This document shows positions 17,440 through 25,006 of a stretch of 48,421 nucleotides of DNA, in pieces. The stretch is from a virus (Duplodnaviria > Heunggongvirae > Uroviricota > Caudoviricetes). A program made the position numbers and the translations under genes. Under the pieces are notes generated by a model. It was not told the DNA's origin and searched no databases. It saw nothing but the letters and a program-made list of their open reading frames with translations. Location of the stretch: the IMG/VR virus record IMGVR_UViG_2907227753_000005; one strand, 5' to 3'. The stretch's first letter is position 1. Each line of letters begins with the position of its first letter.

Positions 17440-18048
17440 TTAGAACGGGAAGTCGTCGTTGTTCTTGGAGTTGCCGCCTTGGTTCCCGCCGCCGTTATTT
17501 CCGCTGTCGCCGCTAGGAGCATCAGTCACCTGACCAATACCACTCATCAGCTTTTGAATAGCTTCACGAGTCAGCGTTTGAGATTCTACGAGAGCTTCCA
17601 AGTCCATACGCTCAACCTTCTCAGCGAACGGCTGAGGATCACGAGCGAAGAACTGGTACGTAGTATTCAGTTTCTCACCTTGACGAGCGATCTTGAAGTC
17701 GCGCTTTGTAAGATCACCGTACTCCTCGATCAGACCAAGCAACTGTGTTCCCATTGTCTTGGAAGCCTTGAGTACTTTAACCTTCTTGTCAGAGTAGTCG
17801 TACACTTCCAAGTAGGACTTGAATCCAGGCTTATTACCACTACCTTGCAACGGGTCTTCATTGCGTGGAAGTGCAGTAATAGTTTGCCATTGACCATTGA
17901 TCTCCAACGTGTACTCCCAAACGGAGATGATGTCTTCAGCAGGAGTCAAGATACGTACTACAGCCGATTCATTTGGTTTAATTTTCAGCATTGTAGTAGA
18001 GTTGTTAGCCGCGTCACGAATTGCACCAAGACCTTTTTGAATCGCCAT
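17440..18048 (-). CDS. ssb: phage single-stranded DNA-binding protein (gp32-like)
   Basis: VRIL, RDFKI.R.GEK..TTY pattern, Gly/Asn linker, acidic C-terminus DDFPF. Confidence 0.78.
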   Translation of the reverse strand: MAIQKGLGAIRDAANNSTTMLKIKPNESAVVRILTPAEDIISVWEYTLEINGQWQTITALPRNEDPLQGSGNKPGFKSYLEVYDYSDKKVKVLKASKTMGTQLLGLIEEYGDLTKRDFKIARQGEKLNTTYQFFARDPQPFAEKVERMDLEALVESQTLTREAIQKLMSGIGQVTDAPSGDSGNNGGGNQGGNSKNNDDFPF

Positions 18049-18106
18049 GTTATTTCACCTTATCCTTTTCGTTTTGTAGTGGTGGGCTTCTTGCCCCCTC
18101 ACTTTC

Positions 18107-18135
18107 TCTATACGAAGTGATTAAGGATGAGTTAA
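18107..18135 (-). promoter_or_regulatory. phage-specific promoter copy 7 (ssb)
   Basis: TTAACT-N15-CGTATAGA. Confidence 0.8.
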
Positions 18136-18194
18136 GAGGGTGTTTCAAAGATTTTTAATGTGGGTAATACCTATAGGGGATGTACGTAGGGAAT

Positions 18195-18225
18195 AAAAAG
18201 CCACCATGACTGATGTCATAGCGGC
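18195..18225 (-). terminator. intrinsic terminator after the sigma gene
   Basis: GCCGC-T-ATGAC/GTCAT-G-GTGGC stem plus TTTTT. Confidence 0.7.
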
Positions 18226-18235
18226 GGGGTATGCT

Positions 18236-18799
18236 CTACAGGGCTTCGTACTTTTCGCGGATACCTTTCCATAGTTGGGAGATGCGGGCTTTAGTTACTC
18301 CGAGGATACTAGCAATCTCTACGAACTCGTACCCATTGGAGCGAAGCTTGAAGATTTCTTTCTCCCGTTCATTCAGCTTCATGTTCTCCATGATGTCAGT
18401 CACGAACTCGAAATTCTCGAATGCGTACCCTTCATGTCCTAGCGTCAACCCCATGCTCGTATCGGCGGTCTCGTCTTCAACGTCAAGATCAGTGGATACA
18501 ACTTGAACAGCGTTCACTACGTTCAGGTTTTTCTCTGACATGCACTTTCGGTACATATCTTTGATCTTGTTGTCAATCAAGTGGTCTACGAATGTTGACA
18601 TTTTCGCTTTCTCAGCACTGTATTGATCAAGTGACTTGTACAACTTAATCATGACCTCTTGAGTTACGTCCTCTTTCTCCATCCCCGCAAACGTTTTGCC
18701 TTTAAGCTTTTGTCGGCATTTATCTTGAGCCTTATTCAAGAAAGCATCCATATCACCGATTGCAAACAATTCATCGAAACCCATAGTTGTAGTAGACAT
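18236..18799 (-). CDS. sigma-70 family (ECF-like) RNA polymerase sigma factor
   Basis: region 2 EDVTQEVMIKLYKSLDQY...FSTF-like segment; region 4 LNEREKEIFKLR..GY.F.EIA..LGVT..RISQ. Confidence 0.88.
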   Translation of the reverse strand: MSTTTMGFDELFAIGDMDAFLNKAQDKCRQKLKGKTFAGMEKEDVTQEVMIKLYKSLDQYSAEKAKMSTFVDHLIDNKIKDMYRKCMSEKNLNVVNAVQVVSTDLDVEDETADTSMGLTLGHEGYAFENFEFVTDIMENMKLNEREKEIFKLRSNGYEFVEIASILGVTKARISQLWKGIREKYEAL

Positions 18800-18822
18800 T
18801 TATAATTTCCCCCGTAGTCATT

Positions 18823-19917
18823 TTAGTTTTTAGTTGGATTTTTAATTTCTTCGATGTCTAGGTATCCTGCATCTCTAACCATCGACTCGTATTCGAGGTA
18901 TGGGATAGTCTTGATGGAACCTAGCTTGTTATTTCTCAGCAGATCGTTGGAATCCTTGTATTTCTGCTCCTCGATGTCAGTTATTCCATATTGGCGGTTA
19001 GGGTACAGTACCACATTTACCCTTATTGCCGAATGCTTGGAGATTAGCTCATATGCCCTTAACGTACAGGCAACCCCTGCTTCATCATTATCGAAAAAAA
19101 GATTTACCGTCTTTATCCCTGCCCGCATCAATTCACGCACCTGCTCGACGAATAAAATACGTCCTAGAATTGCTCCCGCAGGTAAGCGTCCTTCGTAGCA
19201 AGACATTGTATCAGTTTCGGACTCGTTTAGATAAAGTTCATTGATAGGTTTCGGAGCTTGTAGAATATAGTATAGACCATACACTATATCCTTCTTCTCT
19301 ATCCCCTTCTCATTAAGGAATCCTTTTCGTGAGACAAACCGCTTCTTTATAAACCTTATCAATCCCTTGCTTGTCCTAACTGGAAAAGTAATTGCTTGAG
19401 TAACTTCGTCATAGCCCACTTCATACTTACTGATCGTGTGCTCGGAAAATCCTCGACCATATATGTATGAATGTCGTTTCTTTGTATATCGGAGCACTTC
19501 TTCTTCGGGTAAAGACCTCATTCGATCTTTTTTATTTCCACCATTCAGTATACTTTCCATATCAATAGGATTTCGCTCGTTAGAGCTTACCACTAGATAG
19601 TTCTTCATAATAAACTGCATACCTAGGAGTTCATTAGGTAGCCCAACAGCGTGAGCCACTAGACTAGCGAGACTTCCATGAGCACCACAACCGAAACAAT
19701 TGTATCGGTACGGGTACTCTGTCTCGACACCGCAAGCGGGGTTATTACCATCATCGTGGAAGGGACATAAGAACATTATGTTCTCGCCCTTGTTCGTCAC
19801 TTTTGAGAAAGCTGAGACATTGTAGCGAGAGATACTTCTCGCAAGCCAGTAAGCTCTCAAATCATCAAGTACTTCTTCAATCTCTAGCTGATAAGACGAC
19901 AGCAGAGAGTTTTGCAT
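18823..19917 (-). CDS. dnaG: DNA primase (CHC2 zinc finger plus TOPRIM)
   Basis: CPFH..., CFGC, ESETD, FFDNDEAG, KDSND. Confidence 0.9.
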   Translation of the reverse strand: MQNSLLSSYQLEIEEVLDDLRAYWLARSISRYNVSAFSKVTNKGENIMFLCPFHDDGNNPACGVETEYPYRYNCFGCGAHGSLASLVAHAVGLPNELLGMQFIMKNYLVVSSNERNPIDMESILNGGNKKDRMRSLPEEEVLRYTKKRHSYIYGRGFSEHTISKYEVGYDEVTQAITFPVRTSKGLIRFIKKRFVSRKGFLNEKGIEKKDIVYGLYYILQAPKPINELYLNESETDTMSCYEGRLPAGAILGRILFVEQVRELMRAGIKTVNLFFDNDEAGVACTLRAYELISKHSAIRVNVVLYPNRQYGITDIEEQKYKDSNDLLRNNKLGSIKTIPYLEYESMVRDAGYLDIEEIKNPTKN

Positions 19918-19947
19918 GTCCTGCCCTCCTCACAATTAAAAGCCATC

Positions 19948-20043
19948 TCACTCGAATTTGCAAGACTTTTGTCGAACACACGTATTGCAATATAAATTGT
20001 CTAATAAGAATACCAAACGCGAACGGGTGTTCGCAACCCTTAT
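19948..20043 (-). CDS. candidate 31-aa upstream ORF with AUA start (IRVANTRSRLVFLLDNLYCNTCVRQKSCKFE)
   Basis: GGAGG 6 nt before ATA; lies in the primase leader; Cys-x2-Cys-x5-Cys. Confidence 0.3.
   Translation of the reverse strand: MRVANTRSRLVFLLDNLYCNTCVRQKSCKFE
20020..20033. promoter_or_regulatory. LexA (DinR/Cheo) SOS box CGAACGGGTGTTCG
   Basis: exact match to the Bacillus consensus CGAAC-RNRY-GTTCG; partial second site at 19973-19986. Confidence 0.75.
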
Positions 20044-20099
20044 TTTCCACCTCCACTGAATCTTATTTCCTATCAAATCTAAAAACTGCTTACACTTGC

Positions 20100-20128
20100 T
20101 CTATACGCGCTAGTTAATGCTTAGTTAA
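20100..20128 (-). promoter_or_regulatory. phage-specific promoter copy 8 (primase-sigma operon), with an 11-nt A-tract upstream
   Basis: TTAACT-N15-CGTATAGA; T11 run at 20142-20152 on the plus strand in UP-element position. Confidence 0.8.
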
Positions 20129-20186
20129 GGGGGAATATAAATTTTTTTTTTTCTGAATTAATTGCTAGATCAATGAGAGCATAGTA

Positions 20187-20347
20187 AACAAAAAAGACCA
20201 ACACAGAACACACCAGTGAGCAAGATACCCATAGTGGTGGTAATGTGTCGGTCTTGGTCAGACTTAATATTCGTTCCAATTACCGATAGTCTTTTGTTGA
20301 AAACCATACGGCTTCTTTCAGATCACGAAGGTCTGTCCAATCGCCGT
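20187..20347 (-). ncRNA. putative ~160-nt structured small RNA or attenuator leader
   Basis: SigA promoter upstream; 5' ACGGC/GCCGU hairpin; long 3' hairpin at 20194-20255 followed by U6. Confidence 0.55.
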
Positions 20348-20353
20348 AAGAGA

Positions 20354-20383
20354 AGTATATAGGAAAGATGTGGTAACTGTCAA
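20354..20383 (-). promoter_or_regulatory. SigA-type promoter TTGACA-N18-TATACT
   Basis: consensus -35 and near-consensus -10. Confidence 0.75.
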
Positions 20384-20385
20384 CC

Positions 20386-20443
20386 AAAAAATAGACCTGT
20401 AGGACTAACTAACGAAAAAAATATGTATAGGTCTACAGTCTAT
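20386..20443 (-). terminator. long-stem terminator after the DUF2294-like gene
   Basis: ATAGAC-TGTAG.../...CTACA-G-GTCTAT followed by TTTTT on the minus strand. Confidence 0.6.
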
Positions 20444-20447
20444 GTAC

Positions 20448-20843
20448 CTATGGAATGCGAACCTCCTCATTTTTCAATAATTGTTCTATGTCTTTGTTGA
20501 GTTTCATGATAGTCACTTGCTCTGTGAAGTCTGAGCCAAAGAAGGTGGTTTTTATTTCTTCTATTTTCAGCCCCATATTCATATACGCGAAAACTGGGTT
20601 GAAATCTTCTACCATGGCACGACATAGCTTTTGCCTATATTGGTCAAACACATCGCTAGGGTGCGAACTCATGTGTTCAAGCATTAAGGACTCAGGGTGT
20701 GAAAACTTGGCAATGTATTTGATAATAATAAAGTTATTCATCAAAGACACTCGCGTATCAACAGGACCCTTCTCCGTAAATTCTTTCCTTAGTCTCGACG
20801 CGATCTTAGCAAGTTCCTTCTCGAAATCCTTACTCTCTATTAT
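20448..20843 (-). CDS. DUF2294/MpsC-family-like protein, probable AUA start (131 aa)
   Basis: ELAKIASRLRKEFTEKGPVDTRVSLMNNFIII...SHPESLM fits the family pattern; AGGGAGG RBS 6 nt before ATA; in-frame TAA 5 codons upstream. Confidence 0.6.
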   Translation of the reverse strand: MIESKDFEKELAKIASRLRKEFTEKGPVDTRVSLMNNFIIIKYIAKFSHPESLMLEHMSSHPSDVFDQYRQKLCRAMVEDFNPVFAYMNMGLKIEEIKTTFFGSDFTEQVTIMKLNKDIEQLLKNEEVRIP

Positions 20844-20949
20844 GCCGTCCCTCCCTTACACACACCTTCCGTGGAAACACCTTAATTAGTCTATTTAATC
20901 AAATGGACAAAGCAATGGCAAGTTGGAATAAGTCCCATAATTAAACAAG

Positions 20950-20975
20950 GAGGTGCCTTAGGTCTAAGGCACCTC
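20950..20975 (-). terminator. terminator after thyX
   Basis: perfect 11-bp stem GAGGTGCCTTA/TAAGGCACCTC. Confidence 0.75.
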
Positions 20976-20981
20976 TCTAAT

Positions 20982-21863
20982 TTATAAGCCTAACTTATGC
21001 TTTTTGTAGTAAGGCATTGCCCATTTACCTGATGGGTCAAGCTCAATCAATCCGCAAGTCTTCTTCTCGGGACACCCTCCCGCCGTATAGCAAGGCATGT
21101 TCACATCACCGAAGACAGTAGGGAACACTTTCTTCAGTTGGTTAGTTTCTTGTCTACGGATACGGCGAATTTCATCCTGCGCTCGTAAACACAACCGCTT
21201 CTCAGCATGGTGAATCCATGACCAAAGGTTACGTGTATCCATATACATAGTGTTTACTCCAACAGGTAGCCGCGCTCGCATGGTCTCACGAATACGTTCA
21301 GGATTAAGACCTAAGGCATCCCAAAAGTCGTTCAGCTCATCGTCGGTGTACTTCGAGTACCGTTCGATTGCCCGTTCGTGATCGTCAATCCATTCCTGGC
21401 GCATCACTGCAAGCTGTGCCGCCTTTTCAGGCTCAACCTTGGCTTTCTTCTCAATGAAGGATGTTTCCAGGTAATTAGGGACATAGTAAGTAAGTCCACC
21501 GTCTGCCGCTCTACAGTACCGAAGGGATCGCTCGTCGAAGGAAGCGTGTCTTGCCCTCAAGTCCTGCCGCGCTACGAAGATCGGAACCTTCTTAACGAAT
21601 GTCGCGGCACCATGTTCGATTACAGTGTTGTGGTTACTGTCGCGGCAGTGCAGTGTAATTCGCTGACCTACTTTGTTAGGGGTCAGTGTCTCCTCATCAT
21701 GAGCTACCTGAACAGTGTCGTAACATAGTGCCCCTGCGTTTGCCAACAGCACCTCAGCTCCATCGTACCACCCCACCATAACTGAAGTCATGATAGGGAT
21801 GTCACGAGTCAATTCAATTACGTTCTTGTACTTCTTGCCGTTATATTCAAACCGTACTGCCAC
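20982..21863 (-). CDS. thyX: flavin-dependent thymidylate synthase
   Basis: H.TVIEH, RQ..R(A)R-x7-S-x-RY, LP.G..T, RLC.RAQ.EIR. Confidence 0.85.
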   Translation of the reverse strand: MAVRFEYNGKKYKNVIELTRDIPIMTSVMVGWYDGAEVLLANAGALCYDTVQVAHDEETLTPNKVGQRITLHCRDSNHNTVIEHGAATFVKKVPIFVARQDLRARHASFDERSLRYCRAADGGLTYYVPNYLETSFIEKKAKVEPEKAAQLAVMRQEWIDDHERAIERYSKYTDDELNDFWDALGLNPERIRETMRARLPVGVNTMYMDTRNLWSWIHHAEKRLCLRAQDEIRRIRRQETNQLKKVFPTVFGDVNMPCYTAGGCPEKKTCGLIELDPSGKWAMPYYKKHKLGL

Positions 21864-21880
21864 GATGTCATCTCTCCTCT

Positions 21881-23089
21881 TTAGTCTTTGTACGGGTCGA
21901 ACTCGTCAGCTCCCGCCATGCACACACCGATAGGTCTTAGAACGTTCATGACGTTCAATGTACCTACATGAGAGTTCAGTACCTCTCGAAGCTTGCGGTA
22001 CACAAACGGACTCTCGTCAGTTCCCGCCCCGCGCAGTTCAACGCCATATTCTTGAATTGCTTGTGCCATCATCTCAGGAGAGATCGCACCGCCTGAACGA
22101 GTCTTTGTTTTGTAGTTCATCTTCCCTGCCGCCTGTGTTCGGCTCATTACGCGCCCTGCACCATGAACAGTGCTATAGAATGCGTTCGCGCTCTCAGTAC
22201 TCTCAACACCTTGAACGATCACCGAGATGTCACCCATGGAGCCGCCAATGAATCCAAGCTGACCAGGGGCAAGTGGTGTCGCGCCCTTACGAACAACAAC
22301 GACCTCTTTACCGTAGTGCTCCTCTTTCCAGGCGTAGTTATGGTGATTATGTACTGCAAGATCGTAATCCGCTCCCAGGATGTCCAACACTTGGTCAATA
22401 ACATAGTCACGACCTGCGTATGCGTATCGTCCTGCCAGTTTCATAGCACGGTAATACATATCACCAATCTCGCTGTCCAAGTCGAACAGTGTTGGTGGTT
22501 GCTCCATCTTCTCCCCAGGAGCCTTACCGAAGAACTCACGCCCCGCCCCGAGATTCAAGAACCCGCTTGCTGTCTTGTGACCAAACCCTCGGCTACCAAA
22601 GTGGTTCGCAATCCAAACCAACCCAGTCGTTGGCTCAACCAAGATGTCAACGAAGTGATTCCCTGAACCTACAGTACCCAGTTGATTACGGGCAAGGGAC
22701 TCCATCTTCTGATTAACACCCAGGTCTTTGAATACCGCCCAGTCAGGATCATCGAACAAGGCATGGTCAACCTTCTCACTGTTCACACGCCCTACTCCGA
22801 AAGAGATTCTACGTGCAATCTCATCCATTACCGCAGGGAGCTTGTCCTGCAAGTCTTCGACATGGAGGTCAGTACGAACAGCCTTGTTGCCGCAACCAAT
22901 GTCGTAACCAACACCTGACGGAGAGATTTGACCGTCATACACAATCACGCCGCCCACAGGTTGGCTGTAACCGAAGTGACCGTCAGCGCAAAGAACGCCG
23001 CCAACTACATTCCCTGTGTTCAAGCAGGTATCAAACTGACCGATAGTTTTCTCGTCATGTTTTCCGTAGATTACTCTTTTCATTTTCAT
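21881..23089 (-). CDS. rtcB: RtcB-family RNA ligase
   Basis: D.H.GY..PVG, GYDIGCG, GTVGSGNHF, H.GSRG.G, HNHHN, RKGAT, GSMG, HGAGR, DESP..YR. Confidence 0.95.
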   Translation of the reverse strand: MKMKRVIYGKHDEKTIGQFDTCLNTGNVVGGVLCADGHFGYSQPVGGVIVYDGQISPSGVGYDIGCGNKAVRTDLHVEDLQDKLPAVMDEIARRISFGVGRVNSEKVDHALFDDPDWAVFKDLGVNQKMESLARNQLGTVGSGNHFVDILVEPTTGLVWIANHFGSRGFGHKTASGFLNLGAGREFFGKAPGEKMEQPPTLFDLDSEIGDMYYRAMKLAGRYAYAGRDYVIDQVLDILGADYDLAVHNHHNYAWKEEHYGKEVVVVRKGATPLAPGQLGFIGGSMGDISVIVQGVESTESANAFYSTVHGAGRVMSRTQAAGKMNYKTKTRSGGAISPEMMAQAIQEYGVELRGAGTDESPFVYRKLREVLNSHVGTLNVMNVLRPIGVCMAGADEFDPYKD

Positions 23090-23113
23090 TCCCCCTAGTT
23101 CGTTTATAAGTTG

Positions 23114-24190
23114 TTAGATGACGCATTCAGATGAATTTTTGTCATCACGCATACGTGAGAACTGCGGGTGACGATAGAAACCGTCCTTGGTTCTCTGCAT
23201 GGCTTTTATCTCCATGACTTCACCGATGTAGTTCTGAGGGTTCTCGGACATGTCCTTACGAAGATCGTCCGTAATTCCCGAACACTCCCCAAGCTCGATC
23301 AGGTTTCCGTTTGCGTCGAACTTCCCGAACTTCACGGCACCTTTCCAGTCATTGAAGAAGAACTTGGTAACTGGAACCCAACCCTCTTTCGGAACAAAGA
23401 CTCTCTCACCGTCCACCAAAGTAGCGTCAAGGACGTTGTAAGTGTTAATTACAAACTCCTTCTCGCCGCTAGGATTGATCCAGTAAGACCACGATTCGAT
23501 CTCCTTGCCCGTGTACTCACGAACAGCATCTTTGAAGCCCATAATGACCACATCGTCATCAATCTCGGTCTTAACCTTGATCCAGTTCTTCGCGGGCTTC
23601 TTGCCAGGGACGTACTTACCGTTGATGTTCTTGAGCATGATACCTTCGCCACCCTCAGCAAGGACTTTAGCCAAGAACTCCTTCTTGTTCTCCGTGACAT
23701 ACTCAGGGCACTTCATGAACTCGTTCCGAACAACGGGAAACACTCTCTCAAGAATTGCTCTACGTTCGTGCCATGGCTTATCAACCAACCACTCCCCTTG
23801 GAACATGAGAATGTCGTAGACCATGTAGTACAACTTCCCTTGCTCCTCTTGTCGTTCGATAGCCTTTTCAGCCTTCGCCCCCAGGATGGAAGTCACCTCA
23901 TTGGATGTCTTGCCTGGGAAGTACAACTCACCATCCAGGATGAGTCCTGGGAAGGTTGAGAGATGTTCGGATAGATGAGGAACCCGATCACTCTTTTCAA
24001 CAGGGATTCCGTCCACGTCACTGATGCGACGAGAGAAGAACCTACCGACGATGGAGAGATAACGAGAACCGTCCCACTTAACCTCAGCAACATAATTCGG
24101 ATCACTCATGAAGGCTTCCAGTTTCGCGTCGTCCTTGACCGCATTACCTCCCATCGGCAGAACATGTTTATCTAATGGATAATCGCGCAT
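23114..24190 (-). CDS. lig: ATP-dependent DNA ligase
   Basis: motif I EVKWDGSR, LDGE, YDIL, EGIMLK, WIKVK, OB-fold RHP.F...R.DK. Confidence 0.92.
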   Translation of the reverse strand: MRDYPLDKHVLPMGGNAVKDDAKLEAFMSDPNYVAEVKWDGSRYLSIVGRFFSRRISDVDGIPVEKSDRVPHLSEHLSTFPGLILDGELYFPGKTSNEVTSILGAKAEKAIERQEEQGKLYYMVYDILMFQGEWLVDKPWHERRAILERVFPVVRNEFMKCPEYVTENKKEFLAKVLAEGGEGIMLKNINGKYVPGKKPAKNWIKVKTEIDDDVVIMGFKDAVREYTGKEIESWSYWINPSGEKEFVINTYNVLDATLVDGERVFVPKEGWVPVTKFFFNDWKGAVKFGKFDANGNLIELGECSGITDDLRKDMSENPQNYIGEVMEIKAMQRTKDGFYRHPQFSRMRDDKNSSECVI

Positions 24191-24202
24191 TAAAATGACC
24201 TC

Positions 24203-24460
24203 CTAGGATTGGGTTACTTTCTTAGGGCACGTTCTCAAGTACTGGCGTGTCTTTTTACCATTCAGTTCAAACCAAGATGCACACTTACTTTCGAGGTACC
24301 ATTTACAGTCACGACAGATGTTTTGAACTACGTTCTGACACCTCATTGGAACTTTGTCTTGGAGCTTAGCAGGGATTTTTTCCCCACCGCTCACCAAGAC
24401 CTTGTGACATTTATCGAAGTAGTCACACCCATTACAGGCAACATTAATTTTGTTGTACAT
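24203..24460 (-). CDS. Cys-rich hypothetical protein (two C..C....C units)
   Basis: start revised to ATG 24460 with GAGG RBS. Confidence 0.6.
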   Translation of the reverse strand: MYNKINVACNGCDYFDKCHKVLVSGGEKIPAKLQDKVPMRCQNVVQNICRDCKWYLESKCASWFELNGKKTRQYLRTCPKKVTQS

Positions 24461-24638
24461 TCGGAACCTCAATCTTGAGGACGCTGAATGCAACAAGGTT
24501 AAGAAGAACCTCAGCCCCATGCTGGTTCTCAATGAGATCGAAAGCTTCTTCAGTAGCACCGACAATCTCTTTATCAGAAGTAAACTCCATAGTTACGATG
24601 TCATTTCTCGTCAGTGCGTAAGTCAGTCTGTACAGCAT
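24444..24638 (-). CDS. hypothetical protein
   Basis: GAGGAGG RBS before ATG 24638. Confidence 0.6.
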   Translation of the reverse strand: MLYRLTYALTRNDIVTMEFTSDKEIVGATEEAFDLIENQHGAEVLLNLVAFSVLKIEVPNVQQN

Positions 24639-24933
24639 CGTTATCCTCCTCTTGTGCAGTAAGCTCGATGTCTCGAACTTCTGTGAGATCAATGATGTGA
24701 GCTACGCCATCCGTGTCTTCCAACGTGATCGCCTTCCCCTCGTGCTTGTGCTTGATGAAAAGCCTGCGGTACTCTTGCTTGACCTCCTCAGCAGTTAGCG
24801 GGATTTCACGGACAACCTTGTCAGTGTCCTTTTCCTTTTGCTGAAGTCTCGGGTTTTCTTCAACCCAGGTGACGGTCTTCTTCTTCTTGCCATTTCCTTT
24901 GAAGTAGAAATGAGCCGTGAGCTGTGCATTCAT
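24601..24933 (-). CDS. hypothetical protein
   Basis: AGGAGG RBS before ATG 24933, downstream of promoter copy 9. Confidence 0.7.
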   Translation of the reverse strand: MNAQLTAHFYFKGNGKKKKTVTWVEENPRLQQKEKDTDKVVREIPLTAEEVKQEYRRLFIKHKHEGKAITLEDTDGVAHIIDLTEVRDIELTAQEEDNDAVQTDLRTDEK

Positions 24934-24973
24934 CAGGTAGTACCTCCTAGAAATAAATTGGCTCCCTAATTCC

Positions 24974-25002
24974 TCTATACGAGGTAGGGAGCTGTGAGTT
25001 AA
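24974..25002 (-). promoter_or_regulatory. phage-specific promoter copy 9 (lig-rtcB-thyX operon)
   Basis: TTAACT-N15-CGTATAGA. Confidence 0.8.
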
Positions 25003-25006
25003 GGGC

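Noticed and set aside
20391-20443. Inverted repeats ATAGAC(C)TGTAG as possible repressor operators upstream of the SigA promoter
   Set aside because: Better explained as the stem of a U-tailed terminator for the DUF2294-like gene; an operator role is not excluded but is unsupported.
19917-20448. Arbitrium (aimR-aimP-aimX) system, tRNA or known riboswitch in the control region
   Set aside because: No TPR receptor or secreted pro-peptide gene nearby, no cloverleaf, and no riboswitch motif that I recognise.
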